Assembly: GCF_046119375.1 (NCBI RefSeq)
Contig: NW_027362767.1
Coordinates: 426,932,001 to 426,996,000 of the forward strand
Length of the DNA stretch: 64,000 nucleotides
Direction of reading: 5' to 3'
Source: Phyllobates terribilis
Taxonomy: Eukaryota
Part shown: positions 51,201-63,392 of the stretch, one piece after another
Position numbering within the stretch: position 1 is the stretch's first letter
Layout of the letters: each line of letters begins with the position of its first letter
Notes under the pieces: model-generated
The model's database searches: none
What the model saw: only the letters and a program-made list of their open reading frames with translations
What the model was told of the DNA's origin: nothing
Position numbers and translations under genes: made by a program

Positions 51201-54200
51201 TTTAAGTCGTTTTTCTCTCGCTGTGGCCACGAACACATCTAATTTTGAAGATAAGGAGAACGTTACCCCCTGATTGCATTGTGCCCTCTGTACAGATGGT
51301 GGAGGATAACGCTATGGGATGTTATCAGGGGGCGGCTTCGGCCCCTTAGTTCCAGTGAACGAACATCTTAATTCTTACAGCTTTTTGGGAACAGTTTGGG
51401 AAGGCCCTTTTCTGTTCCCATGACTGTGCCCAATGCACAAGGTCCATGTAGACATGGTTGGGGGAATTTGGGGGAAGAACATGACTGGTCGCACAGAGCC
51501 CAGCCTACAACTTCATCCAAGAATAGTGATTGTGAGCCCGGCCTCTCCCCATCATCATGGTCTGACCTCACAAAGGCTCTTCTTGATGAAGGGGCAAAAA
51601 TCTCTAGTAGAAATTCGATGGTCAGGTATCGATTTCCGCTCCCGTTGTTCTGTGGATTTGCACGTCTCACTGCCGCGGATCCGCACACGGACAAGGCCAA
51701 TTATCATTCAATGGGGTCAATTCTCTACTATTCCATGTAGAACATGTATTTTCCCATGAATGGGATGTAGACTGTGGTTGGATTTCACTCGAATTCTACA
51801 GTAAACGCCAAGTCAAAATCCGTGTCCTATCCGACAAGTGTGAATATAGGCTAATAGCTTATTTGCAGCCATCTCGTCACACACAATGCAAGCACCAGGA
51901 ATAAGACATGTTTCCTCACCCTTATTAACAGGAGATACAGAGCTCTGGTCATGTCCCTCCACATCTGCAGATTGTGAGTCTTTTTCAGGGACGCTTCATA
52001 TCTCTTCACTTCTTCTTGTTCAGCGGCAAAACTCTGCACCGTTTTAACCGACTCAATAATCTCTTTTGCGAGATCACTAGACCTGGCAATCGAATCCTGC
52101 ACCTTCTTCACAAGATCCTGAGAGGAGAAATTAAAAAAATGAGTCAGTAAATTTTGTAGATTTGAAAATGCATATTTGTGCAAGGAATACTTAAAAAACA
52201 CTCAAGTAAAAACATTTTTCCATCTTCTATATTATAACTATTTGACAGGAGCCGCATAATCATCATCAGTAACTGTGATAGTACTTGGTCTCTTTTCCTG
52301 AGAATTGCCTGTGTGCTCACGACGTAGCTCAGATGACTGAAATTGTGTTAAGTAATGCAAGGGATCACTATAAACTTTTTTTCCTTTTTTCACACCAGTG
52401 GTTTTGTTGGTTGTGGTCAAAAGGGTATGTTCCAAAATACCGTCATCCAGTTGAAAACAATTCAGAACTGCGATACATTGTGGGAAGGTTCTGCTGGCAT
52501 TTGTTATGCATTCTGAGTATTTTACATGTTACTCATGGTCTTTATTGCTCTGATTATGCACCTTTATGGGAGCTTTATTCCAGCTCTGAATGATATGGAG
52601 CCCTAAAACGACTACGTGCATGAGACCTAAAAAGAGCACGTTCACACAGAGGTTTCGGTTTTTTAACATGGATTTTGAAACTGATCAACTTCAAAATCCA
52701 CATTAAAAACAACTTAGAATACTCCTTGAATACTTTTTTATGTGGATTTCGAAGCGGATCTGCTTCACAATTCACATAAAACACTCTGCGACCACACCCC
52801 AATTGTCTAAAGATGGTAACGAAAACGAAAATGAGCAGCTAAAATTAATTCAAAAAGTATGATGAAAAATGAAGGCTGTAGACTTTTTCTGTTACTGATT
52901 TTATAGCAAATCCACAATGAAATCCACATTACATGCAGATTTTGAAGCTGATTTTGATGTCAAATATGTTGTGAAAATCCACACCAAATCTACAGTTTGT
53001 CAATTTACCCTTAAACAATTAGGCATTTTTAATCTAATCAATAGTATTAGATGCAATGATTATAGACCCATAAGGAAATCGTTATTGTCTGTCCATTACA
53101 TTACGATATACAGTGAGTGATCTGTCCCCGCACATATACGCACCTCGTGATATTTGTTGTATATGCTCTGAACGATGGAAATTAGTGGCATGCTCACAAA
53201 GGTGAGGAGTGTAAGACGCCAAGACAGAGACAACATGAAGAGGTAATGACCAACGCATTTTATCAATGTCCGCAGGGTTATGTTCACATTGGCGGCAATA
53301 GAGCGACTCACAAGAGACGTGTCATTTGATAGTCGAGAGGAGACGTCACCTGTAGTGAAGAGTAAAATGTGCATTAACTTATTTCTAAAGGCTCATTCAC
53401 AGGTCTGTTTTTCACATACGAGTGCTATCTGTGTTGTTCACATATGTAATTTTGTAGTCCAGGCAAAATTGTGGAGACACGTCTGATATCGTTCTGAGTG
53501 TCGGATCAAACTGGGCAATGAAGATCTATGGTCCATGAAAATATCAAATCACATTCAGATGTCATCCAAGGGGTGTCCATTTTTTACGGACGGATAGATA
53601 AGAAAACTTTTTTCTTTTTTTCTCATCAGAGAAAAAGTGATGAAACTCTGACCAAACTCTGACCAAACACAGACCAAACTCTGACCAAACTCTGACCAAA
53701 CTCTGACAAAATTCTGACCAAAAAAACTGCTAAAAGCAAATGATGAAACTCAGTCAGTTTTTCTTCAAGATCAAAATATCTGACATCTGAACGAGGCCTA
53801 ACTTTTTGTAAAACTTAAAGTTATAATTTACTAAATTCAGTCACAAATGTTCATATAGAATATGAGCTTAAAATTGGCTGTGATCAAGGGATCGCTGTGG
53901 ATTTTCATTTGATTCATAAGCCTATGATACACGTGCCAAACTTATCTGTCCCCTACAGTCAGCATAAGTCGTAAGTGTGTGATTTTGCCATACAGTGGGT
54001 TGATATGTGTGGGCTTTCCTTATTATTTTTGCCTTTTAGGAAAGAGTAGACTGATAGGGACCCCAGAATAAAAATGGTATTTTAATAAGTCAGGCTAAAT
54101 GTTTTGTTACAATGGGATTCACTGGGCGATGTCCGCGACTCGGTGTCTATGTAGTCACATGTATCAGAGGCTTCTGTTGGAGGATATAAAATATTATTTC

Positions 54201-54371
54201 TCAAAATCTATCTCCAACAAATTAAAAAAAGCAAAATGTGAGGAAGGTCATTTTTAGTTTTACATCTGCAGTATATATGCCATGTATTTAATGCACCTAA
54301 AAAAAAACAGAAAAATGACCAGCTGACTGCATTATATACAAACAAAACTAGATAGATAGATAGATAGATAG

Positions 54372-54414
<43 letters not shown>

Positions 54415-57322
54415 TAGGATATATATTAAAATCAATAACAATAAAGAACACAAACATTCTAAATTCTAATCTCAAGCCTTTTTGAGAACATGATAGCGAA
54501 TATCATCTTACAGAGTGTTAGGCACAATGATTGCCCCCATAGCAGTGCCCATAGGACATGTGTGTATACAAGGTTCTGTGTCTCACAAGTTACAGTATCG
54601 TACTTTACCAGTTTTAGTGGTTTCAAAGAAGGCAATGTCCTGTCTAATGAACGCACGGAAAAGGAGACGTCGCAGACGTCTGGTGAGACGATACATGGAG
54701 AATATGAAGAGTCCTCCTCTGCAGCCTGCAGAAATAGTGCTAAATAAAGAGAAAGGTAAGTCTCAATATCCAGTATTACATCTGTATGAAAACACATGTA
54801 GAAATATTTATAGAATGAATGGCCACTTTATTACTGACACCCATCTAGTAGTGTGTTAGACCTTCTGCCTTCAGCAATTCCTGGTGGCAGAGATCCCACT
54901 TGTTGATGTGATCGTTCTGCAGGAATTTCGGCCATGTGGATTGGATCACTAGATGGAGGTACTGACAGGCTGTCAACGGCCCATTGTACTTTGTCCCAGA
55001 GATGCTCTACAGAATTAAGATCTGGGAAATTTAACATCCAGGAAACAAAGAAAAACTCACTGCAATATTTCTGTAAGCAACCCAAGACTATATGGCTGAT
55101 GTGGCTTGGGGCATTGTCCTTCTGCCATAGAGGAAACAGCTGCCACGAAGAGATGATCGGACACAATACTGAAGTAAGTCCTACTGTTCAAATGTCTATC
55201 CACAGGTATCAGTGGCAAATGCCAAGAAAACCTTTCCCTACCATTACTGTACCTCCACCAGCCTGACAGGAAGGCGTTATCCATCCACAGGTATCAGGGC
55301 ATCATGGTGCACCAAGAAAACCTTCCCCCACCATTACTCCACCTCAATCTGCCTGACAGGAAGCGGTCATTAATCCACAAGCATCAGTCAAATCTACATG
55401 TACTAAAAAAACCTTTGTCCATCAATACTCCACCTCAATAAGTCTGACTGAAAGGGGTTGTTCACCAAAAGGTATCAGAGGAGCCAGAGTGCGCCAAGAA
55501 AACCTTCCTCCACCATTATTCACCTCCATCAGCCTGACAGGGTGTGTTCATCCATCTACATGTATCAATGGCGCTATGGTGGACCATGAAAACCTTCTGA
55601 ACATTATTACTTCACCTCAATCACCCTGACAGGAAGAGGTCTTCATTTCAGCTCTAATCATGAAAGGACTGGTGTTTCTAATGAAGCGGCCATTCAGAGT
55701 ATATTGTATTTATGTTCAGTACAGCAATAGTAAATGTCTGTCCCAGGAATAACTCGGCAAGAATTTACCACGATGGGAACATGCATAAAACGTAGAGCTG
55801 AGCAGGAAGGATTGCTCTTCCCTGGTGTGGCGTCCAGTCTGGTCCTCCACGGCAGTCTTCACATCTGTGCCCGACATCCTGGGTACTTATTGCACTTTCA
55901 AGCACTTTCTGAGTGGCGTGATGCACGACATGACGTCGCAGGATTTAGCAGGCGACAGTGGTACCCAAATAGCTGGGCACAGAAGTGAAGACTGCAACAT
56001 AGGACTGGACTGGGTGGCCGCGCAAATCCTTCTGCCCAACACTACAAAAAATTAATACTCACAAAAAAAGTGCTTATATCAACCATTAAGAGTCAAGTCT
56101 CCACAGGAAAAATGGCAGCTGAAATTTGCCTGCTTGCTGACCTTGAATTTCAGAGTTCTCTAGTTTAATCATGAGGCCCAAGAAGTCTACATGTGCTCAC
56201 TTTGCCATATGTCTCACCCACCTGGAGATGGTCAACACAGCCATATAAAGTATAGCCTCCAGGAACTCGGCCTCCTTGTAATTGTTGGACAGGTTGTCAA
56301 TCATCCGACCCATGTAGTAAGGAACCCACATTTCAACTGTAATAAACAATAAGATACTTACTTTCCTCCATAGAAGAACAGAACTTTCCATATAACTTTT
56401 AGTCTAAACAACATATTCAACCTGTCGAAATGTTCTGACTATTTCTAACCGTTATCAGTTTCCCTCTTTACACAACTACCTCTTCACATATAAATTAGCG
56501 TTGCGTGATCGGACAACCAAAGTTCCCTTCACACGAGCCAGTAATTTGCTCGTAAGAACGCTCATTCCCGATCATCTTTCTGTGTACACATGCCATCGAT
56601 CGGCTGAAGAACGAGCAAAATGAACGAGCCTGTATTACAGAACATAGAAGAACCCATGTTTCTCTATTATTAAGGTGGAGATCAGTTACTTTCTCTTGTA
56701 AGACAAATGGCTGCAGCAGGAGCCTCTCCCCTCTGCTCTGTAAAAATTTCCACTCCCTGCCTGTTGTAGAAATTTTGCAGAAAATCAAGTTATATCTCAT
56801 AAAAAGAAAAACAGTTTTGCAAAACTTACATGTCAAAGCCAGAAAAAGGAAAACAAAAGCCGAGGACAGGTACGGCCAATCCCGCTTCGAAAGTTTGACA
56901 AGTCTGATAAAATTCTTCCTGTCTGTCTGTTCTCGTTCGTCTCTGCCGGAAGTTTCTTTTTTGTTAGTAGGAGGTAAAATCAGATCCCAGACCAGACATG
57001 ACAATGGCAGAGGCATATGATAGAGCAGAGAGCTGGAGAAAACAGAGGATAACTCGGGAGACTGAGAGGTGAGAAAGAACCTGAGGGTCTGGTATAAAGG
57101 AGGCGCGAAGCCGAGGGTTAGAGCGAAGGGCAAGCGGGAGGAGATCCAGCGTGGACGGGGCAGGAGGTTGGATATCGCTACAAGTATTGGAGCTTTAATA
57201 AGGTAGACCAGCCACACAGCGAGAAAGAGATCTACAGGATAATATCTGACAAGGCTGGAAATTATGTACGTGAGTGATGAGTCCAGCAAGACGAGAAGTG
57301 GAAGAAAACATAAGGAAATCAT
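45210..57322 (-). CDS. TAP2: TAP2 (ABCB3) peptide transporter subunit, 11 coding exons, frameshifted in exon 10
   Basis: Exons 56830-57322, 56222-56336, 54609-54739, 53144-53349, 51920-52117, 50998-51126, 48937-49125, 47819-47992, 46211-46370, 45474-45602 and 45210-45398, all GT-AG. TAP2-type motifs GCRGG, RALYLL, Walker A GLSGGGKT, degenerate signature MGAGQ, Walker B LILDE, IAHRL. The exon sum of 2113 nt is not a multiple of 3. Confidence 0.93.
46445..46726. mobile_element. hAT-like MITE in TAP2 intron 8
   Basis: TAGGGATGAG ... CTCATCTCTA; 8-bp flanks TTAAAGAG and TTCAAGAG. Confidence 0.75.
49313..50939 (+). mobile_element. Tc1 family A copy with near-intact transposase, in TAP2 intron 6
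   Basis: TA flanks and long TIRs. ATG at 49727, a single in-frame TGA at 49760-49762, then 338 open codons with a DD34E triad ending FEEPRI*. Confidence 0.93.
53643..53722. repeat. 11-bp tandem repeat (ACCAAACTCTG, about 7 units) in TAP2 intron 3
   Basis: Direct reading. Confidence 0.85.
54349..54415. repeat. (GATA)n microsatellite in TAP2 intron 3
   Basis: About 16 units with one interruption. Confidence 0.95.
54790..55640 (-). mobile_element. Old Tc1 transposase relic with degenerate tandem duplications of about 90-bp
   Basis: WQKDNAPSH, FPDLNSVEHLWD and GGGTVMVGKGF remnants; about five diverged copies of CCAAGAAAACCTT...CCATTACT...GCCTGACAGG at 55190-55640. Confidence 0.65.
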
Positions 57323-60300
57323 TGTGAAGGCTGAAGAGTAACACTGAGACCTCGACGGAAACCTACAAAGAGAAAGGTCACAAGTTAGAGGCCAAATGTA
57401 CAGTAAACTCTACTACAACTCACAGGATCAGCACAACAACAGAAAGTCCGAACCAAGGTTGTAACTCTTGGAAAACATATATGCAGACCTAAGAAGTTTG
57501 TCCAGTGATAAAAAAAAATGTAAGGGGGAAAACTCACCCTCACCGATCCACGGCAGGGCCCGTTTCGAATCATCCTGAGTCTTTGTAGGTCTTTACTCGT
57601 TTCATCCCATCTCCAGTAGTAGGGGCCAGAAAAGTCAAAGTTACAACTGACCCCTTTAAAAAATAAATTTTAGTCCCTGGAAAATCCCTGTAAATGGGTC
57701 TAAGCGCAGGATAAAGTATTGACAGAGACCCAGATTCCATCACTGGTCATTTTCTAGAGGTCTTTCAACCATGGTGCTGCAGCCTACACCCCGAACCCAT
57801 GATGATGGTGAGCGGTGGTCCACCCCATCTCCTGACAGGCAGCGTTCTCCAGTTTCAAGGACCATGCTCAGAGCAGTACACCAAGCAGCTGCAGATAACT
57901 CTGGTCAGGAGACCCAGCGGTCAGGCCAAGTATTCCTCTCCGAGCACGGTCTATGTTTCACAGACCGGACGTATAAAAGCAGCATTATACACAGTATAAG
58001 GTAAAAGCTGTCAATCAGCCGCAGCAGGATGGTGACATCCACAGCTCAGGAATATCGATGACTAAGTAACCCAAAGCTGGTATCGGGGTCCCCGTCACTA
58101 CCCTTGGATAGGGCAGCAGAACCCGCATGAAAATTTCCTTCAAAGCAATTTTCTCACCTTTTTAGGCTCATTCACATCAGAATTAGTCACAGAAATGTAC
58201 AGGACTTCTCTATATACTCAAATTGTGTTTGTAAACTTTCTCGCTCTCGCATGTGATACAGAAGCAACCTAAGATTTTTAGTTTCAGAAAAATCCTCACC
58301 GTGTAAAACCTATCCTAAAGCCCAATCTCGCAATAGTTCTCAGAAGAAACCGCCCTCATCAGTACTGGCGGCCATGAGAGGCACATTTACAAATCGACTC
58401 TGTAAATCCTGATAAGTTTTCTGGCTGGAATCCAGCATCAAATCTCAGGACGCAGATACAACTGCACGGACGCTAACGCCGGCATCAGAAACAGATGGGA
58501 GAACAGAGCTTTGAAACTCTAAAAATGAGTGTAGGAGATTTCTATAAAGCCCCTCGACGCGGCCCAATAATCGGCCAAAGGGCATTAATTGGAGCTCATT
58601 ATGGGCATAAATCGTCCTTCACTTTCTCATTAAATTGTTTTAAGCCCCATTCTGCACTTTTATTCTTAAAAGGCGCCCTGTCACTAGATCAGAAGTAGCC
58701 GGTTTTTGTTCTTATTTTATCTCCACTTCTACCTTCAGTATTCCACGGTTTGTTTGTTTTTAAATCTGCAACATGGTTCCCGAGATATGGGCCTCCTTAT
58801 TTAGTGCTGATGATTTTTATAGTCTTTAAAAGGGGAGTGGCTCACAGGTTCCTCTGGGGCGTGTCTTTAGGCTGTTCTACATAATTAGTATGTAAACCAC
58901 ACCCCCTTAGTAAAGACCATAAAAATTAGCACTTAATAAAATGGCTCATATCTCTGGAACCGTATGGCGGATTTAAATATGGAAAAAAGATGGATTACTC
59001 AGGAGAGTAGTAGGAATAAAATAAGAAAAAAAAACTAAACACTTTTCACCCTGTGATGGCACCCATGTAAAAAAAATAACAAAAATTGTTAAAAAATTTG
59101 GGGATAATAACTTTAAGCCCACAGCCTCACATGGGCATATTATAGGGTTCACATTGTAGTGTTTGATTTCATAGAGATGTATTACAGTTGAATTCAGTAC
59201 GAAAACCCTCCAGAAAAAAACATGGCTGCTTTATCGGATGCCATTGTGTGGATGGTTGTGGCAAGACTTAGCTATATACTTTAGAGTAGAGTAACGCTGT
59301 GTGTGATTTCATCCTTTAGGAACCTCTATGGGCCAATAGCTCGGTACATACTATGCCCAGCAGAGGCTGTTCGGCAGCACACAGACGCTATGCAGCACGC
59401 TACACTCTCCGTGTAACAGCGTTCGCCTGTCCGCTATCACATGTTCACGGCTGCTTAACATACTTGACAACAGTTATAGTTATTAAAGGATCATCCTAAA
59501 AGCTGGATCACAAAAATGTCAGAGTGAGTGAAAATGTGCATTACAATGGGGGATTTACGATAACCCCCCGGCGCTTATATATTTAGCGTATTGTGCTGTA
59601 TATGCATAACACAGGGGTGGCATAAGCGCAAAAGGAGTTTCCCATCATCACCAGTCGTTCAACCTCTCAGATGCTGCAACCTACACAGTCTGCTGCATCT
59701 AAGCGGTTAGATAGATGGACAATGGTCAACTAGATACCTTAAACACGCCGCTGTGATGATGGCGACCGTATCATTCATTGTCCTTAAGAGATCTCACAGA
59801 TCTGGTGTATAGGTGAGCCTGTAAGGGGGTGACAGGGGCTGCCATGTGTCTCTCCCTCTCTAAACAGTGTTTATACAAGGTGTACGGTTTTATTACATTT
59901 TGGTGACTATATTAATATATGAATCTGCATTGTTTTCATAGGTACTAATGTACACAGTTAATGTATTGTGATTAGTGTATAATGTTATTTATATATGGTG
60001 TATAGGGAAAGCATAGGACCCTGGCTGGGGTATAGTTAGTGATGGAGCCATTGGGGCTGAGGCAGTGGTGGCCTATTACTATATAGAGGATGAGGCAGAG
60101 TGTAGAGAATAGGACGTGCAGTGCACGCTATTACTGGGTGAATACCGCAGCTCATTGCTGAAGGGAGAAGTTTGCCCAGCGACCGGCGGAGACGGTTGCT
60201 GATTGGTCCAGTTAAAAAAAGGAGGAGGAGTCTGGGCCAGAGGGGAGCAACGGTTATTCCTGTCAGGAATCAGTCCTGTCAGAGCAGCAGTTGCTGTTGG

Positions 60301-60753
60301 ACGGGAGAATCAGCTGCCAGGTTATTATTATCACATATTAAACTATGTGGAATGACGTTTACTTTTCACTAAGATGGCGGCGTCTGGGGAAAATGAGAAA
60401 AAAGCTCCGGCTCTGGGAAGAAGGCGAGGAAAAGATGAAAGCTGGGAACACTAAACATGGCGTCTGATCGCCGGGGGGGTAGGTTATAAAGTGGAGGACT
60501 GATGGTACGAGGATGGCACAGGTTAGGAAGGGGTTAAAGAGTGAGATCGCATCTCTGGAAGACGCACAAAGGACCCTGCGACTGCCTGAATATTATACAG
60601 CGAGACGCAGGAACATCAGGAAATATACAAAAATAAATGAAAATAGATTTATATATATTGCTTACTTTTTTTTCATAATTGTTTATATATAAAGATATAT
60701 AGATATATGTGTCTGTAAATATTGTGCTGTGGAATATGTTGCTACTATATAAA

Positions 60754-60801
<48 letters not shown>

Positions 60802-60972
60802 AAGAGTTGTAAAAAAAAGTAAATAATATATATAAATACATTATATTTATTTTTGTATATTTTCCAATGTTCCAGCGTATCGCCGTGTTTGTTTTATTTA
60901 TTTTTTATTTCTTATTTAGTTGCTTTTTTACTATTACTTTTTGGATTATTGTAACTCACTATATATTTAGTA

Positions 60973-61020
<48 letters not shown>

Positions 61021-61379
61021 CAAGTAAATAGTCTGTATATATAGATAGATAAAATATTATTAATATATTAATAGTCATTATTGTGTATATATGTATAATA
61101 ACTATTAATATATCAATAATATTTTCTCTCTATATATACACTATTTACTTGTTTTTTTTCTCTATTTTTTTAATTAATTAATTAGTATTTTTAATTTCCC
61201 TTTTTCCTTTTTTTTTTTTTTTTCTTTGCAAATAGTAATGGAAAAAAAATAAATAGATAATCATACTAAAAAAGCCCCTCCAGCTCTGGGCAGTAAGGGG
61301 TTAAGAGGCTAAACTCTTGTGGTTATTTCGCCTCCATCGATCGTGACACAGGTAGGTGATGAGTGAATGACACAGGGTG

Positions 61380-61760
61380 ACCCTGCTGGGAGTTGTAGTG
61401 CTCACTGTCTGTACTCACTGCGCCCTCTCCGCGGAGTTTCTGCGCCCGAATCTTCAGCGCTGTCGCCCGGATGCTGCGGCTGAGCCGGGGTCCTGCGGGT
61501 GTCTGCGCCCGGGTGTCGGTGTCTGGGTGTTCGGGTGTCGGGGCTCGGGCTGTGGGGCCGCCCCGTGCTATTATTGTATTACATTAGCCGCAGCTTTCAC
61601 TTTCGATCTCCTGTTGATGCCGCGATTCCGGGAACAGCAGCCGGGGGTTTCTGTGTCCTGACAGCAGATCACATCGGATCAGAGGCGGAGAGGATCGCAC
61701 CGAGCGAGCGAGCGCCGGACATCAGCCTGGTGCCGGTTCACACTGTCTGGTGAGGCCGCA
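61380..61760. promoter_or_regulatory. Shared TAP2/TAP1 CpG-island promoter with ISRE/IRF-E, GAS and ZNF143-type motifs
   Basis: CTTTCACTTTCG (61594-61605), TTCCGGGAA (61626-61634) and GCTGGGAGTTGTAGT (61385-61399). Minus-strand donor GTGAGT at 61418-61413 and plus-strand donor GTGAGG at 61750. Confidence 0.78.
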
Positions 61761-61924
61761 TTTATGCATTTTATTTATTTTTTTGCTGTTTTTCTTTGCA
61801 CCATTTTGGGGTCCTTGAAACTTTCCCATCTCTTTATTCCATTTTTGTGGGGGGGAGTTGATCTGGTCGGTTATTATATTAATACTTTATTAGGAGGAGC
61901 TGTGGCGGTGTCAGATGTATTTGT

Positions 61925-62290
61925 GGTCCCAGAGGTCACATTGGTGGTCCCAGCGGTCACATTGGTGGTCCCAGAGGTCACGTTGGTGGTCTCAGCGGTC
62001 ACATTGGTGGTCTCAGAGGTCACATTGGTAGTCTCAGCGGTCACATTGGTGGTCCCAGAGGTCACATTGGTGGTCCCAGAGGTCATGTTGATGGTCCCAG
62101 TGATCACGTGGTGGTCCCAGCGATCACGTGGTGGTCCCAGTGGTCACATTGGTGGTCCCAGAGGTTACGTTGGTGGTCCCAGCAGTCATGTTGGTGGTCC
62201 CAGTGGTCACATTAGTGCTCTCAGCCGTCAAGTTGGTTTTCACCAGCGGTCATGTTGGTGGTCCCAGCAGTCACCTTGGTGGTCCTTAGC
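61925..62290. repeat. 21-bp minisatellite in predicted TAP1 intron 1
   Basis: Unit GGTCACATTGGTGGTCCCAG(A/C), about 17 units, degenerating rightwards. Confidence 0.9.
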
Positions 62291-62899
62291 CACCAGTTCA
62301 GTGACCTCCTGGCATCCACGGCTCCTCTGATTGATCGGCCGGAGATGTCATGACATGACGCCAAGCTCACACCAGAAAATGCGTCATGCCGGCAGGTAGT
62401 AGGAGGTACACAGGACTCGGGTCTGGTGGCCAAGGACCACCAATGTGACTGCTAGGACTGGGGTCCTGCAAATCTTTTTGCTAAAGCTCTATTTTTTTAC
62501 GTTTTGTGACATGAATGTTGATTTTTTTCATTTTTTTTTAATATTTTAGCTATTCTTTTTACATCTCTTTTTAGTACTTGTACCTGTGATCACTCAATCA
62601 CCTCAATAATCGCCTCATATGTATAATGCATCAAATGCCCTTTTTATCCCCTTTTTGTGACGTACTATCACACAGTCCTGTGACGTAATAGCGTGTCTGT
62701 GGGCTGTATTATACAGCCGGCACTGGTTTTGGACATTAAACCCCTTAGATTCTGCAGTAAGAGCTGACCGCAGCATCTAGGCGGTGAGTCAGAAGGAGAC
62801 GGCTCCCTCTGTCCCTCCATGACACCTTCGTTAACTATATTCCACTATAGTGACATAATCACAGCCTTATTTGTGCTATTTTCTCTCTGTTATCAGGCG

Positions 62900-63392
62900 A
62901 TGCATCCCGTCTACTCATTGTGCTGCCTCTTCGGGGTGGACTATGCCACTCTACACCTGCTGACCCTTCTTTTGCCCCCAAACCTCCTCCAGACATGGGC
63001 ACTGGGCCTGGTACGACTGGTCGTCTTGATGCTTGGCGTTCGTGCAGTGGGCCGAATATCAAAACTGCCCCCCTGGTTACAGGGGAATCCATTGCTGCTG
63101 TCCTCTGCCGTCCTCACCCTGCTGGTGCCATGTTGTGCGACCATCACTGCTGTTCTGTTACCACGGGCCAGCGCCGGCCTCCTGCACCGATCGGGGCACG
63201 CGGACCTGTTCTTCTACTCGTACCTGATCACGGTGACGTCCACCCTCGTCTGGCACCAGCTCTTCCTGGAGGATGAAGACGAGGAGGACGAGGCGGAGTC
63301 GTCGGCCTCAGTGTGGAGGCTACTCGACCTCCTGAGGCCCTATGGCTGGCGGTTCCTGTGGGTGTCCGTGTTTCTGGTGCTGTCTTCATGGA
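62900..63392 (+). CDS. TAP1: TAP1 (ABCB2) first coding exon; the rest lies beyond the window
   Basis: Acceptor TTATCAG at 62896, ATG at 62900, hydrophobic TMD0, acidic linker, then SVWRLLDLLRPYGWRFLWVSVFLVLSSW and a phase-1 donor GTGAGT. The LVLSSW end matches TAP1 (VVLSSL-GEM) better than TAP2 or ABCB9. Confidence 0.75.

Noticed and set aside
45210-57322. Assignment as ABCB9/TAPL or TAP1
   Set aside because: RALYLL, GCRGG, the degenerate xxAGQ signature and the intact Walker B glutamate fit TAP2.
60340-60480. YY1-like motifs (AAGATGGCGGC, AACATGGCG) and a short ORF as a separate gene start
   Set aside because: The ORF is only 26 codons, no donor was found, and the region ends in a TE-like AGGGGTTAA. 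A minor promoter cannot be excluded.
61764-62330. 188-aa plus-strand ORF and 77-aa mucin-like TTNVTSG minus-strand ORF
   Set aside because: A 21-bp stop-free repeat is open on both strands by construction; no splice or start support.
62819-62899. N-terminal extension of the TAP1 ORF, and its read-through to 63580
   Set aside because: A pyrimidine tract and AG at 62896 mark the upstream part as intron; GTGAGT at 63393 ends the exon.
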